DNA of 64,000 nt from Escherichia coli (GTDB lineage Bacteria > Pseudomonadota > Gammaproteobacteria > Enterobacterales > Enterobacteriaceae): the NCBI RefSeq assembly GCF_009931435.1, contig NZ_CP043414.1; one strand, given 5' to 3'. This document shows, piece by piece, positions 1 to 12,039 of this stretch. Position 1 is the first letter of the stretch. Every line of letters starts with the position of its first letter. Both the position numbers and the translations under genes were made by a program. Under the pieces are notes generated by a model. It did no database searches. It was not told the DNA's origin and saw nothing but the letters and a program-made list of their open reading frames with translations.

Positions 1-55
1 AACTCACTTCGTACGCTACAGCGAAATGAAGTTCCCGCAGAACGATAAGAAATAA
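1..55 (+). CDS. lysP: 3' end of an upstream permease gene (partial; frame 2 reads ...THFVRYSEMKFPQNDKK*), probably lysine permease LysP
   Basis: Open frame running off the 5' window edge, stop at 53-55; followed by a hairpin terminator; K-12 synteny places lysP next to cirA. Identity recalled, not searched. Confidence 0.4.
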   Translation, partial: THFVRYSEMKFPQNDKK

Positions 56-76
56 GTTTCCTCCCTTCCTTGCTAA

Positions 77-102
77 GCCCTCTCAACCGAGAGGGCTTTT
101 TC
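77..102 (+). terminator. Rho-independent terminator (gccctctc-aacc-gagagggc + TTTTT)
   Basis: Perfect 8-bp stem, 4-nt loop, T-run, seen directly in sequence. Confidence 0.6.
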
Positions 103-151
103 AATTCTATTTCCCTGACAAATCATGCGGATATAAATTTTAACATTTGGA

Positions 152-170
152 TTGATAATTGTTATCGTTT
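152..170. promoter_or_regulatory. Fur box-like inverted repeat (GATAATTGTTATC) in cirA promoter/leader
   Basis: Match to GATAAT-n-ATTATC Fur consensus; cirA is a classical Fur-repressed gene (established). Confidence 0.5.
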
Positions 171-347
171 GCATTATCGTTACGCCGAAATCAAAAAAGG
201 CTGACAAATCAGGGGCTGTTCCGGCTTTCTGGGATGATCACCTGCATACAAATAAGTCCACCGCGATGCTGCCGTACGCAAGGGGACGTGAAGAAGATGT
301 GAGCGATAACCCATTTTATTTTCGTAGTTACCTCATGGAGATATGGA

Positions 348-2327
348 ATGTTTAGGTTTAACCCCTTCGTACGGGTCGGGCTGTGTTTGTCCGCTATTTC
401 TTGTGCATGGCCTGTGTTAGCGGTCGATGATGATGGCGAAACGATGGTTGTCACCGCATCTTCCGTTGAACAAAACCTGAAAGATGCACCCGCCAGTATC
501 AGCGTCATTACCCAGGAAGACCTGCAGCGAAAACCGGTACAGAATCTGAAGGATGTCCTCAAAGAAGTGCCTGGCGTACAACTGACGAACGAAGGGGATA
601 ACCGTAAGGGCGTTAGTATTCGTGGTCTGGACAGCAGTTACACCCTGATTCTTGTCGATGGTAAACGCGTTAACTCCCGCAATGCCGTTTTCCGCCATAA
701 TGATTTCGATCTGAACTGGATCCCTGTCGATTCCATCGAACGTATTGAAGTGGTCCGTGGCCCGATGTCGTCGCTGTACGGTTCCGATGCGCTCGGCGGT
801 GTCGTGAATATCATCACCAAAAAAATCGGTCAGAAATGGTCGGGTACCGTTACTGTCGATACCACCATTCAGGAACATCGCGATCGCGGTGATACCTATA
901 ACGGTCAGTTCTTTACCAGCGGGCCATTAATTGACGGTGTGCTGGGAATGAAAGCTTACGGCAGCCTGGCAAAACGTGAAAAGGATAACCCGCAAAACTC
1001 AACTACCACCGATACCGGAGAAACGCCGCGTATTGAAGGATTCTCCAGCCGCGACGGCAATGTGGAATTTGCCTGGACGCCGAATCAAAATCACGATTTT
1101 ACTGCCGGATACGGTTTTGACCGTCAGGATCGTGATTCCGACTCGCTGGACAAAAACCGCCTGGAACGTCAGAACTACTCCGTCAGCCATAATGGGCGTT
1201 GGGATTACGGCACCAGCGAACTGAAATACTACGGTGAGAAAGTCGAAAACAAAAACCCTGGCAACAGCAGCCCGATTACTTCCGAAAGCAATACGGTCGA
1301 TGGTAAATACACGTTGCCACTGACGGCGATTAATCAGTTTGTTACGGTTGGCGGTGAATGGCGTCACGACAAACTTAGCGATGCAGTAAACCTGACCGGA
1401 GGAACAAGCTCCAAAACGTCTGCCAGCCAGTACGCGCTGTTTGTGGAAGATGAATGGCGGATCTTCGAGCCGCTGGCGCTGACGACCGGCGTGCGTATGG
1501 ACGATCACGAAACCTACGGTGAACACTGGAGTCCTCGTGCCTACCTGGTTTATAACGCCACCGACACCGTAACGGTGAAAGGGGGCTGGGCGACGGCATT
1601 TAAAGCGCCTTCTCTGTTGCAACTTAGCCCTGACTGGACGAGCAATTCCTGCCGTGGCGCATGCAAGATTGTGGGTAGCCCGGATCTGAAACCTGAAACC
1701 AGCGAAAGTTGGGAGCTGGGGCTTTACTACATGGGTGAAGAAGGCTGGCTGGAAGGGGTTGAATCCAGCGTGACCGTTTTCCGCAACGATGTAAAAGATC
1801 GTATCAGCATCAGCCGTACGTCTGACGTCAATGCTGCTCCGGGCTACCAAAACTTTGTCGGTTTTACAGCGGACGGTGTGCCAGTATTCAGCTACTACAA
1901 CGTTAACAAAGCACGTATTCAGGGCGTGGAAACCGAACTGAAAATTCCGTTCAACGATGAATGGAAACTGTCGATCAACTACACCTACAACGATGGTCGT
2001 GATGTCAGCAACGGCGAAAACAAACCGTTGTCCGATCTGCCGTTCCATACCGCTAACGGTACGCTGGACTGGAAACCGCTGGCGCTGGAAGACTGGTCAT
2101 TCTATGTTTCTGGTCACTATACCGGGCAGAAACGCGCCGACAGCGCGACGGCTAAAACTCCGGGCGGTTATACCATCTGGAATACCGGCGCGGCCTGGCA
2201 GGTGACCAAAGACGTCAAACTGCGTGCGGGTGTGCTGAACCTTGGCGACAAGGATCTCAGTCGTGACGACTACAGCTATAACGAAGACGGACGTCGTTAC
2301 TTTATGGCAGTGGATTATCGCTTCTGA
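348..2327 (+). CDS. cirA: TonB-dependent outer membrane receptor, colicin I / catecholate siderophore receptor CirA
   Basis: 659-aa ORF; N-terminus [25 protein letters not shown] with TonB box ETMVVTAS; C-terminal aromatic residue typical of TonB-dependent receptors. Confidence 0.95.
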   Translation: MFRFNPFVRVGLCLSAISCAWPVLAVDDDGETMVVTASSVEQNLKDAPASISVITQEDLQRKPVQNLKDVLKEVPGVQLTNEGDNRKGVSIRGLDSSYTLILVDGKRVNSRNAVFRHNDFDLNWIPVDSIERIEVVRGPMSSLYGSDALGGVVNIITKKIGQKWSGTVTVDTTIQEHRDRGDTYNGQFFTSGPLIDGVLGMKAYGSLAKREKDNPQNSTTTDTGETPRIEGFSSRDGNVEFAWTPNQNHDFTAGYGFDRQDRDSDSLDKNRLERQNYSVSHNGRWDYGTSELKYYGEKVENKNPGNSSPITSESNTVDGKYTLPLTAINQFVTVGGEWRHDKLSDAVNLTGGTSSKTSASQYALFVEDEWRIFEPLALTTGVRMDDHETYGEHWSPRAYLVYNATDTVTVKGGWATAFKAPSLLQLSPDWTSNSCRGACKIVGSPDLKPETSESWELGLYYMGEEGWLEGVESSVTVFRNDVKDRISISRTSDVNAAPGYQNFVGFTADGVPVFSYYNVNKARIQGVETELKIPFNDEWKLSINYTYNDGRDVSNGENKPLSDLPFHTANGTLDWKPLALEDWSFYVSGHYTGQKRADSATAKTPGGYTIWNTGAAWQVTKDVKLRAGVLNLGDKDLSRDDYSYNEDGRRYFMAVDYRF

Positions 2328-2385
2328 TGCGAAGATGCCCGGCGTGGATCCCGCCGGGCATAATCCCAGAAATTCGCTTCTGGCT

Positions 2386-3708
2386 TTATAACCGATGAAA
2401 TTTTGCCAGTAAGGCCAGTGAAAATGTTGTCAGCAAAATGGTAATGACTGCGTAAATATACACTCCTGACCATTCCCAACTGTTTTTCACCATAATAACT
2501 GGAAGCCCTGCCATTGCCGCGCCTAAATAACTAAACAAGCCCCTGAATCCAGTAATGGAACCTGCCGCATCTTTATGCGTAACATCAAGACACCCGACAG
2601 CGAATAACATATGCGGTCCATACAATGCAAACCCCATGATTGTAAACAGAATAGCCGTTAATGTGTAGGAGACGTCCTGCACCAGCGGTACGAGAACGAT
2701 GCAAATACATAAAGCGATGGCAAAGATTAATCCTGTCATCCAGCGGTTACTTTTAAACATGAAATCGGACAAGTACCCCGCCAGTAATCCCCCAGCAAGT
2801 CCACCTGCTTCAAACCAGGATATAATGGAGTTCGCTTTAATCAGGCTCCAGTTATGAACCTGAGAATAATAAATTTGTGGCCAGTCATTGAGGATGGTGC
2901 GTGCAATATAGACCGACATATCCCCGAGGATAATGAGCCAAACTAATGGGTTGGTAAGAATATATTTAACGAATATTTGCCAAAAACTGAGATCAACCGG
3001 ACTTGCTTTAACTTGTGCAAGTTCTGTCGGGTCGTTGCGCCACTTACCGACGTTAGGCAAACCGAGCGTGCCGGGACGATCTTTTATCGTAAACAAGGCA
3101 ACAATCCCCATAATCAGTGAGATTACACCCGGAACATAAAAGCCCATCTTCCAGCTGCCACTAAAAGCAATAGCAAAGCTTGTCAGGAGAGGCGCAAGAC
3201 TACCGCCAATATTATGCGCAGCTTCAACAACTGCCCACCAGCGTCCGCGTTCATTTTTCGAGAACCACGAGGCCATAATTTTTGCCATTGGCGGAAAACT
3301 GGTACCCTGGAGAATAGCATTAAGGCTATACAGGATATAGAACGCAGCAACGCTGTCTGAAAAACCGAAAAGAATGTTAACAATACCGACGCCAATAAGT
3401 ACGGGGCCAGTCATCGCTCTTGGGTTAATTTTATCGACTAACATGCCACCTACAAACTTCATGGAGCCATAAAGAATGTAAAAGACCGACGACATGATAG
3501 CGAAATCTTGTGCGGTTAATGACGTATCCGTTAACATCGCTGGCATGGCCGCAGAGAAATTCTTGCGGGTTAAGTAAAATACGGCATAAGAGATAAATAC
3601 AGAGGTGATGATTTCAATGCGAAATTTTTTATAAGTATGATCAACTTCTTCTTTTGGTTTGACCACCGGTTGGTCGGCCTGGCTGAAAATAAATTTTTTC
3701 AAACTCAT
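2386..3708 (-). CDS. MFS organophosphate:phosphate antiporter (OPA family; GlpT/UhpT/PgtP-like)
   Basis: 440-aa ORF aligning by eye with GlpT along its length (YLTRKNF, WFSKNERG, GPHMLF-type motifs); RBS aagga 7 nt upstream; AT-rich codon usage. Confidence 0.85.
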   Translation of the reverse strand: MSLKKFIFSQADQPVVKPKEEVDHTYKKFRIEIITSVFISYAVFYLTRKNFSAAMPAMLTDTSLTAQDFAIMSSVFYILYGSMKFVGGMLVDKINPRAMTGPVLIGVGIVNILFGFSDSVAAFYILYSLNAILQGTSFPPMAKIMASWFSKNERGRWWAVVEAAHNIGGSLAPLLTSFAIAFSGSWKMGFYVPGVISLIMGIVALFTIKDRPGTLGLPNVGKWRNDPTELAQVKASPVDLSFWQIFVKYILTNPLVWLIILGDMSVYIARTILNDWPQIYYSQVHNWSLIKANSIISWFEAGGLAGGLLAGYLSDFMFKSNRWMTGLIFAIALCICIVLVPLVQDVSYTLTAILFTIMGFALYGPHMLFAVGCLDVTHKDAAGSITGFRGLFSYLGAAMAGLPVIMVKNSWEWSGVYIYAVITILLTTFSLALLAKFHRL

Positions 3709-3740
3709 TGTGAGTTTCCTTTTCTGTGAACCTTATGGCG

Positions 3741-4628
3741 CTATAATTTTTCTTCTATAAAAAAGAGAAGCGACTCGAAACCATTAAAATTAATCTGGTC
3801 AGCAATTTTTTCCCGGGTTTTAGGTTTTGCTTTCCATGCCACGCCATTTCCGGCATGCAAAAGCATAGGAATATCATTGGCACCATCTCCACAGGCAATG
3901 ATGTTTTCACGGCAGATAGCTAACTCTGTCGCTAAATTTATCAGGGTTTGCTTTTTCTTTTCTGCATTCATAATAGGTAAGGTAATTGTATCAGTTAACA
4001 GATCTTCCTTAATGCGCACAGAGTTAGAAAATGCAAAATCAAGTTGATATTTTTCCTTCAATCGCTCAGTAAAAATATCCAAACCTCCAGATATAATTGC
4101 CGTCTTGAATCCTTTTTCTTTTAGTATGGGAAGAATAGTTTCAAGACCTGGTGAAAGAGTCATCTGTTCACAAACTTTATGCAATATATCTTTATGCGTT
4201 CCTTTAAGCATGGCAATTCGCCGGGTAAAACTGGCATCAAAATCGATTTTCCCTTCCATCGCTTCACGGGTCAGTGCGGTGATTTTTTCAGAGATGCCGA
4301 GTCTACGGGCTATTTCATCGACACCTTCTTCTTCAACAAAGGTGGAATCCATATCAAAGGCAATAATTCCCTGATCCGGTAAGACCTTGGGTTTACGGAA
4401 AAAATCAAACTGATGATTATCAGCACGGTGACGTAAACCAGCATAAAAAGCAGGGTTGGTAACATCATCTGGTAATACTAGCTTTAGATACTCTTTATTT
4501 ATTTGCCCACTGTAATTCGTTGTTAGCGAAAACACCGAGGGGGAAATCTTTAAATGTTGCAGATAATCTTCCAGACATTTTTGGGTGATGTCGATGCCTG
4601 TTGGCGACAAGAAATAAATAATCGTCAT
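3741..4628 (-). CDS. HAD-superfamily phosphatase, phosphoserine phosphatase (SerB)-like
   Basis: 295-aa ORF with HAD motif I FDMDST and motif IV GDGANDIPM; RBS aaggag upstream. Confidence 0.8.
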   Translation of the reverse strand: MTIIYFLSPTGIDITQKCLEDYLQHLKISPSVFSLTTNYSGQINKEYLKLVLPDDVTNPAFYAGLRHRADNHQFDFFRKPKVLPDQGIIAFDMDSTFVEEEGVDEIARRLGISEKITALTREAMEGKIDFDASFTRRIAMLKGTHKDILHKVCEQMTLSPGLETILPILKEKGFKTAIISGGLDIFTERLKEKYQLDFAFSNSVRIKEDLLTDTITLPIMNAEKKKQTLINLATELAICRENIIACGDGANDIPMLLHAGNGVAWKAKPKTREKIADQINFNGFESLLFFIEEKL

Positions 4629-4722
4629 TTACCGCTCCTTTTTATCTGCAATGATTATAATAAGATTTCATAGAGGCTGATGTATCTGACAATCACAGTT
4701 GTGAATGTTAAATAAAAGATAA

Positions 4723-4785
4723 AAAAGTACTTTTTTTGATACTTTGAAATAATAAGATACTAAAAGTACCATTTTTGATATCTTT
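4723..4785. promoter_or_regulatory. Two ~24-bp direct repeats (AAAAGTACnnTTTTTGATAyyTT) in the divergent promoter region of the island
   Basis: Repeat 1 at 4723-4745, repeat 2 at 4762-4785, 16 bp apart, between the divergently oriented phosphatase/transporter and dehydratase/XRE genes. Confidence 0.35.
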
Positions 4786-4838
4786 ACCAGGATATAAAGA
4801 ATAACTATTTTTCAACGTTGAAGGAATCATTTACAAAT

Positions 4839-6191
4839 ATGGAAAGCTGCATAGATATATTCAAGATAGTTATTGGTCCATCCAGTTCCCGCACAGTCGG
4901 GCCAATGCGTGCGGCTTATAATTTTGTGTCACAATTGAAACAGCAAGAAATGTTACCTTTGTTGCGGAAAATTGATGTCGAACTTTATGGTGCGCTGTCA
5001 TTAAGCCGCAAGTGCCATAATGTTGATGTGGCGATTTATCTCGGTTTGCAAGGACACTTACCTGACAGCGTTGACATTCGCATGGAAATGTCCGCCATCA
5101 GGCGTGCAGAAACTGAGGCGACGCTGGAAGTTATGCCTGGTGTCAACGTCAGTGTATCCATTCTTTCTAATCTACAAGCGCATCCGGGGCACCCTTATGC
5201 GATGACATTTCGTGCCAGAGATGACTGGTTTACACTTTATGAAGAAACCTGGTTTTCTATCGGCGACGGTCAAGTGCTAAAAGCAGGAGAGGCGATTATT
5301 CCTCCATCAGTCACTCCACATCCTTTTGAATTCCAGAACGCAAACGAATTATTAAAACTTTGTCAGCAAAACGGATTATCTGTCGCGGCATTAATGATGA
5401 AAAACGAACTGCACTGCCAGACAGCAGCTTTTTTGCATGACGATCTTCATAAAAAATGGGAAGTAATGAAGGATGCGGTTTATCGCGGGATGCATACAGA
5501 AGGATTACTTCCAGGTCCGTTTCAGGTTAACCGTCGTGCCTGTGCTTTATATAAATCGTTGCAGTCAAAGGGGTTTTCCAATGACTTCCTGACTACGCTC
5601 AATTGGGTCAATACTTTTGCCATTGCGGTGAGCGAAGAAAATGCTGCGGGTGGACGTGTCGTGACAGCACCCACCAACGGCGCGAGCGGTATTATCCCGG
5701 CTGTACTGTGCTGGTATGATAAATTCATTCACGAGCTTGATACATACTCCGTTACCCGCTTTTTACTGACCGCTGGTGCCATCGCCATTCTGTTCAAAAA
5801 AAATGCCTCTATTCTGGGTTCTGAAGTTGGATGTCAGGGGGAAATAGGTGTTGCCAGTTCAATGGCGGCAGCAGGATTAGCAGAACTTATGGGCGGGTCA
5901 GTGGCTCAGGTACTTAGCGCGGCAGAAATTGCGATGGAGCATCATTTAGGTTTGACCTGTGATCCAGTTGGCGGGCAGGTACAAATTCCTTGTATTGAAC
6001 GAAATGCTATTTCAGCTGTGAAAGCTATCAACGCAACGACGATGGCGTTGAGTCGCATAAGCGAGCCGTGCATTACGCTGGATGAGATAATTTCCGCGAT
6101 GTATGAAATCGGAAAGGATATGAGCGCTAAATACCGTGAAACTTATCATGGCTGTCTGAGCAAATTGCAGCCAAGAAAAAAGGATGCGTAA
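4839..6191 (+). CDS. Fe-S L-serine dehydratase (SdaA/SdaB/TdcG family)
   Basis: N-terminal [17 protein letters not shown] and internal [31 protein letters not shown] match SdaA signature blocks. ATG at 4839 chosen over the track's TTG at 4818 because of the aagga RBS. Confidence 0.85.
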   Translation: MESCIDIFKIVIGPSSSRTVGPMRAAYNFVSQLKQQEMLPLLRKIDVELYGALSLSRKCHNVDVAIYLGLQGHLPDSVDIRMEMSAIRRAETEATLEVMPGVNVSVSILSNLQAHPGHPYAMTFRARDDWFTLYEETWFSIGDGQVLKAGEAIIPPSVTPHPFEFQNANELLKLCQQNGLSVAALMMKNELHCQTAAFLHDDLHKKWEVMKDAVYRGMHTEGLLPGPFQVNRRACALYKSLQSKGFSNDFLTTLNWVNTFAIAVSEENAAGGRVVTAPTNGASGIIPAVLCWYDKFIHELDTYSVTRFLLTAGAIAILFKKNASILGSEVGCQGEIGVASSMAAAGLAELMGGSVAQVLSAAEIAMEHHLGLTCDPVGGQVQIPCIERNAISAVKAINATTMALSRISEPCITLDEIISAMYEIGKDMSAKYRETYHGCLSKLQPRKKDA

Positions 6192-6192
6192 G

Positions 6193-6582
6193 ATGAAATA
6201 TAATACGATGAATAACAACGAAATTATTTTATCACTGTGCGCTCGCATTAAAGAAACGCGTATCTCATTATCATTGACCCAACAGCAGTTAGCCGAGCGT
6301 GCATTGGTGGGCATAGCAACGGTCAAGCGGATTGAAAAGGGGGGAAGTTTAAATCTTGATACTCTCATTTCTCTTCTGCGCGCGCTGAATAAATTGCAAA
6401 ATCTCGATGCCATATTGTTCGAAGCAGAAATGCGTAATTTCAACGAAAATAGTTCCAGCGGCGAAGGGGCAGGGCGACTACAGGTACGCCAGCAACTGAC
6501 AGATTTAAACCAGAAGTCTCCAGCCCCGCACGCAGATGACCATAATTTTAGTACGGCGCTGGAAAATACCCTCTGCTGGTGA
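6193..6582 (+). CDS. XRE-family helix-turn-helix transcriptional regulator
   Basis: 130-aa ORF with HTH block LSLTQQQLAERALVGIATVKRIEKG; aagga RBS 8 nt upstream of ATG at 6193; last gene of the island. Confidence 0.7.
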   Translation: MKYNTMNNNEIILSLCARIKETRISLSLTQQQLAERALVGIATVKRIEKGGSLNLDTLISLLRALNKLQNLDAILFEAEMRNFNENSSSGEGAGRLQVRQQLTDLNQKSPAPHADDHNFSTALENTLCW

Positions 6583-7452
<870 letters not shown>

Positions 7453-7676
7453 TCATCATACCGTTTATTCAATGTGCTGTGAGTAACTTTCACTTCCGTA
7501 TATACATAACGATGTTTTAACATCTGCTGATGAAAGGCAGCGGCAATTACAATAATTATCGCTGTGAATACTGGATTATGTGCGCCGCCTCACGCACAAT
7601 AATCAGGCTGTAAATCAGCTTAATAACTTTGCCCCCACGCAGGGCGGAGGCGTCACACCTGCAGGAGAAATCATAA

Positions 7677-8345
7677 ATGCCATCACTCAGTAAAGAAGCG
7701 GCCCTGGTTCATGAAGCGTTAGTTGCGCGAGGACTGGAAACACCGCTGCGCCCGCCCGTGCATGAAATGGATAACGAAACGCGCAAAAGCCTTATTGCTG
7801 GTCATATGACCGAAATCATGCAGCTGCTGAATCTCGACCTGGCTGATGACAGTTTGATGGAAACGCCGCATCGCATCGCTAAAATGTATGTCGATGAAAT
7901 TTTCTCCGGTCTGGATTACGCCAATTTCCCGAAAATCACCCTCATTGAAAACAAAATGAAGGTTGATGAAATGGTCACCGTGCGCGATATCACCCTGACC
8001 AGTACCTGTGAACACCATTTTGTTACCATCGATGGCAAAGCGACGGTGGCTTATATCCCGAAAGATTCGGTGATCGGTCTGTCAAAAATTAACCGTATCG
8101 TGCAGTTCTTTGCCCAGCGTCCGCAGGTGCAGGAACGTCTGACGCAGCAAATTCTCATTGCGCTACAAACGCTGCTGGGCACCAATAACGTGGCTGTCTC
8201 TATCGATGCGGTACATTACTGCGTGAAGGCGCGTGGCATCCGCGATGCAACCAGTGCCACGACAACGACCTCTCTTGGTGGATTGTTCAAATCCAGTCAG
8301 AATACGCGCCACGAATTTCTGCGCGCTGTGCGTCATCACAACTGA
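7677..8345 (+). CDS. folE: GTP cyclohydrolase I
   Basis: 222-aa [28 protein letters not shown]-terminus, STCEHH active-site block. Confidence 0.95.
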
Positions 8346-8361
8346 TTAAAAGGCAGGAACC

Positions 8362-9519
8362 ATGGAGCGCAACGTCACGCTCGATTTTGTTCGCGGCGTC
8401 GCCATTCTGGGGATCCTGCTATTAAACATCAGCGCCTTTGGGCTACCAAAGGCGGCTTATCTCAATCCCGCCTGGTACGGCACTATTACGCCGCAGGATG
8501 CATGGACCTGGGCATTTCTCGATCTCATCGGCCAGGTGAAATTCCTCACGCTTTTTGCGCTGCTGTTTGGTGCTGGCCTGCAAATGTTGCTGCCCCGTGG
8601 CAGACGCTGGATCCAGTCGCGGTTAACGCTGTTAGTCTTGCTGGGCTTTATTCACGGTTTATTGTTCTGGGACGGCGATATTCTGCTGGCTTACGGGCTG
8701 GTGGGCTTAATCTGCTGGCGGCTGGTGCGCGATGCGCCATCGGTAAAAAGCCTGTTTAATACAGGCGTCATGCTTTATCTGGTGGGGCTTGGCGTTTTGC
8801 TGTTATTGGGGCTGATTTCCGACAGCCAGACCAGCCGCGCCTGGACGCCGGATGCATCGGCTATTTTGTATGAAAAATACTGGAAGCTTCACGGCGGCGT
8901 TGAAGCGATCAGTAATCGTGCCGATGGTGTTGGCAACAGTTTACTGGCACTGGGCGCACAGTATGGCTGGCAACTGGCAGGGATGATGCTCATTGGTGCG
9001 GCGCTGATGCGCAGCGGCTGGCTGAAAGGGCAGTTCAGCTTACGTCACTATCGTCGTACTGGTTTTGTGCTGATGGCGATTGGGGTGATCATTAACCTTC
9101 CTGCCATCGCCCTGCAATGGCGGCTGGACTGGGCCTATCGCTGGTGCGCCTTTTTACTTCAGATGCCGCGGGAACTGAGTGCGCCGTTTCAGGCGATTGG
9201 CTATGCGTCGCTATTTTATGGCTTCTGGCCGCAATTAAGCCGCTTTAAGCTGGTTCTGGCAATCACCTGCGTCGGACGGATGGCGCTGACCAACTATCTA
9301 TTGCAAACGCTGATTTGTACCACGCTTTTTTACCACCTCGGTTTGTTTATGCATTTTGACCGCCTGGAGCTGCTGGCGTTTGTTATTCCGGTATGGCTGG
9401 CGAATATCCTCTTCTCTGTTATCTGGCTGCGTTACTTCCGCCAGGGGCCGGTGGAATGGCTCTGGCGTCAGTTAACTTTACGTGCTGCCGGACCTGCATT
9501 ATCTAAAACATCAAGATAA
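8362..9519 (+). CDS. yeiB: DUF418 inner membrane protein YeiB
   Basis: 385-aa hydrophobic ORF in the conserved position after folE. Confidence 0.85.
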   Translation: MERNVTLDFVRGVAILGILLLNISAFGLPKAAYLNPAWYGTITPQDAWTWAFLDLIGQVKFLTLFALLFGAGLQMLLPRGRRWIQSRLTLLVLLGFIHGLLFWDGDILLAYGLVGLICWRLVRDAPSVKSLFNTGVMLYLVGLGVLLLLGLISDSQTSRAWTPDASAILYEKYWKLHGGVEAISNRADGVGNSLLALGAQYGWQLAGMMLIGAALMRSGWLKGQFSLRHYRRTGFVLMAIGVIINLPAIALQWRLDWAYRWCAFLLQMPRELSAPFQAIGYASLFYGFWPQLSRFKLVLAITCVGRMALTNYLLQTLICTTLFYHLGLFMHFDRLELLAFVIPVWLANILFSVIWLRYFRQGPVEWLWRQLTLRAAGPALSKTSR

Positions 9520-9549
9520 CGATCTGGATCACATTCATTAACAAAATGG

Positions 9550-9584
9550 TTGTAACCGTTTCCATTGCTGTGACTCGATTCACG
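9550..9584. promoter_or_regulatory. galS promoter: GalR/GalS-type operator (ttgtaaccgtttccat, 9550-9565) next to a CRP site (TGTGActcgatTCACg, 9569-9584)
   Basis: Match to gal operator consensus GTGTAAnCGnTTnCAC and to CRP TGTGA-N6-TCACA; galS is known to be autoregulated and cAMP-CRP dependent. Confidence 0.45.
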
Positions 9585-9660
9585 AAGTCCTGAATTCAGT
9601 GCTGACAAAATAGCCGCCAGCAAGCAGGCATTTACTGCAATCTCATAACAGGTAGTGAAT

Positions 9661-10701
9661 ATGATCACCATTCGTGATGTAGCGCGTCAGGCTGGCGTCT
9701 CTGTGGCAACGGTTTCCCGGGTGCTCAATAACAGCACGCTGGTCAGTGCCGACACGCGTGAAGCAGTAATGAAAGCAGTGAGCGAGCTGGATTATCGGCC
9801 AAACGCCAATGCCCAGGCGCTGGCAACTCAGGTTAGCGATACCATTGGCGTGGTGGTAATGGACGTTTCTGATGCGTTTTTCGGCGCGCTGGTAAAAGCG
9901 GTGGATCTCGTCGCCCAGCAGCACCAGAAATATGTGCTAATAGGTAATAGCTATCATGAAGCGGAAAAAGAGCGTCATGCCATTGAGGTGTTAATTCGCC
10001 AGCGTTGTAACGCGTTGATTGTTCATTCAAAAGCGTTAAGCGATGATGAATTAGCGCAGTTTATGGATAACATCCCCGGTATGGTGTTAATCAACCGCGT
10101 TGTGCCAGGTTACGCCCATCGTTGCGTTTGCCTGGATAATCTCAGTGGTGCCCGAATGGCCACGCGCATGTTGCTCAATAATGGTCATCAACGTATTGGT
10201 TATCTTTCTTCCAGCCACGGTATTGAAGATGATGCCATGCGCAAAGCAGGCTGGATGAGTGCGTTGAAAGAGCAGGATATTATTCCGTCGGAAAGCTGGA
10301 TTGGCACTGGCACCCCGGACATGCCAGGCGGTGAGGCGGCGATGGTTGAACTGCTGGGGCGCAATCTACAACTTACCGCTGTATTTGCATACAACGACAA
10401 TATGGCCGCTGGCGCACTGACGGCATTAAAAGATAATGGTATTGCGATTCCGTTACATCTCTCAATCATCGGTTTCGATGATATTCCCATCGCTCGTTAC
10501 ACCGACCCACAATTAACGACCGTGCGTTATCCTATTGCTTCGATGGCAAAATTAGCTACCGAACTGGCCTTACAAGGGGCAGCAGGCAACATTGATCCTC
10601 ACGCCAGCCACTGTTTTATGCCGACGTTAGTGCGTCGACATTCTGTCGCAACACGCCAGAATGCGGCGGCGATCACTAACTCAACAAATCAGTCGATGTA
10701 A
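9661..10701 (+). CDS. galS: LacI/GalR-family repressor GalS (mgl isorepressor)
   Basis: N-terminus [25 protein letters not shown] (HTH); start trimmed to the native-like ATG. Confidence 0.9.
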   Translation: MITIRDVARQAGVSVATVSRVLNNSTLVSADTREAVMKAVSELDYRPNANAQALATQVSDTIGVVVMDVSDAFFGALVKAVDLVAQQHQKYVLIGNSYHEAEKERHAIEVLIRQRCNALIVHSKALSDDELAQFMDNIPGMVLINRVVPGYAHRCVCLDNLSGARMATRMLLNNGHQRIGYLSSSHGIEDDAMRKAGWMSALKEQDIIPSESWIGTGTPDMPGGEAAMVELLGRNLQLTAVFAYNDNMAAGALTALKDNGIAIPLHLSIIGFDDIPIARYTDPQLTTVRYPIASMAKLATELALQGAAGNIDPHASHCFMPTLVRRHSVATRQNAAAITNSTNQSM

Positions 10702-10729
10702 CCGCTTTCAATCTGTGAGTGATTTCACA
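10696..10729. promoter_or_regulatory. mgl control region: GalR/GalS operator-like site (atgtaaccgctttcaa) adjacent to a perfect CRP half-site pair TGTGAgtgattTCACA (10714-10729)
   Basis: Consensus matches seen directly; mglBAC is known to be CRP-activated and GalS/GalR-repressed. Confidence 0.5.
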
Positions 10730-10980
10730 GTATCTTAACAATGCGATAGCTATGATTGCACCGTTTTAACGTTGTAACCCGTATGTAACAGTGAATAATC
10801 ACTTTCACCGAGGTAATAGCGTCATAACAACAATTAAAGCCGTTTTCTGGAGCGTTACCGGGCATGGAAGAACGAATTTTAAAAAGTGAGCTTCGGCGTT
10901 CAGTAACACTTCATTAACTCTACTGCCCCGCCGAGCATTTATCTCAAGCACTACCCTGCATAAGAAAAACCGGAGATACC

Positions 10981-11979
10981 ATGAATAAGAAGGTGTTAAC
11001 CCTGTCTGCTGTAATGGCCAGTATGTTATTCGGTGCCACTGCACACGCTGCTGATACCCGTATTGGTGTAACAATCTATAAGTACGACGATAACTTTATG
11101 TCTGTTGTGCGCAAGGCTATCGAACAAGATGCGAAAGCCGCGCCAGATGTTCAGCTGCTGATGAATGATTCTCAGAATGACCAGTCCAAGCAGAACGATC
11201 AGATCGACGTATTGCTGGCGAAAGGGGTGAAGGCACTGGCGATCAACCTGGTTGACCCGGCAGCTGCGGGTACGGTGATTGAGAAAGCGCGCGGGCAAAA
11301 CGTGCCGGTGGTTTTCTTCAACAAAGAACCGTCTCGTAAGGCGCTGGATAGCTACGATAAAGCCTACTATGTCGGCACTGACTCCAAAGAGTCCGGCATT
11401 ATTCAGGGCGATTTGATTGCTAAGCATTGGGCGGCAAACCAGGATTGGGATCTCAACAAAGACGGTCAGATTCAATTCGTACTGCTGAAAGGTGAACCGG
11501 GCCATCCGGATGCAGAAGCACGCACCACTTACGTGATTAAAGAGCTGAACGACAAAGGCATCAAAACTGAACAGTTACAGTTAGATACCGCTATGTGGGA
11601 TACCGCTCAGGCGAAAGATAAGATGGACGCCTGGCTGTCTGGCCCGAACGCCAACAAAATCGAAGTGGTTATCGCCAACAACGATGCGATGGCAATGGGC
11701 GCAGTAGAAGCACTGAAAGCACACAACAAGTCCAGCATTCCAGTGTTTGGTGTCGATGCGCTGCCAGAAGCTCTGGCACTGGTGAAATCCGGTGCACTGG
11801 CGGGCACCGTATTGAACGACGCTAACAACCAGGCGAAAGCGACTTTTGATCTGGCGAAAAACCTGGCCGATGGCAAAGGTGCGGCTGATGGTACCAACTG
11901 GAAAATCGACAACAAAGTGGTCCGCGTACCTTATGTTGGCGTAGATAAAGACAACCTGGCTGAATTCAGCAAGAAATAA
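10981..11979 (+). CDS. mglB: Periplasmic D-galactose/D-glucose-binding protein
   Basis: 332-aa ORF with signal peptide [23 protein letters not shown] followed by [16 protein letters not shown]. Confidence 0.95.
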   Translation: MNKKVLTLSAVMASMLFGATAHAADTRIGVTIYKYDDNFMSVVRKAIEQDAKAAPDVQLLMNDSQNDQSKQNDQIDVLLAKGVKALAINLVDPAAAGTVIEKARGQNVPVVFFNKEPSRKALDSYDKAYYVGTDSKESGIIQGDLIAKHWAANQDWDLNKDGQIQFVLLKGEPGHPDAEARTTYVIKELNDKGIKTEQLQLDTAMWDTAQAKDKMDAWLSGPNANKIEVVIANNDAMAMGAVEALKAHNKSSIPVFGVDALPEALALVKSGALAGTVLNDANNQAKATFDLAKNLADGKGAADGTNWKIDNKVVRVPYVGVDKDNLAEFSKK

Positions 11980-12039
11980 GACTGATTGGGCGCAGTCATT
12001 TACTGCGCCCTTATTGTATGGCCAACAAGGTAAAATTAT

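Noticed and set aside
152-355. 67-aa ORF upstream of and overlapping the cirA start
   Set aside because: Lies in the cirA promoter and leader, spans the Fur box, has no RBS; most likely a chance ORF.
999-2048. 349-aa ORF antisense to cirA, and similar long antisense ORFs inside bglX (35684-36667, 36746-37723), yehX (40734-41438), yehQ (46721-47296), the MFS transporter (21981-22496) and others
   Set aside because: Each is embedded antisense within a gene with strong protein-family support; typical of spurious reverse-frame ORFs in GC-rich coding sequence.
4818-4838. TTG-initiated 5' extension of the L-serine dehydratase ORF, and similar N-terminal extensions in the track for galS, yohJ, dusC, mdtQ, yohF, yohD, yohC, pbpG, dld, bglX, btsS, btsR, yehS, yehR, yehQ, yehP, yehM, yehL and the LysR gene
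   Set aside because: Internal ATGs with better RBS spacing or N-termini matching recalled protein sequences were preferred; the extensions overlap upstream genes or promoters.
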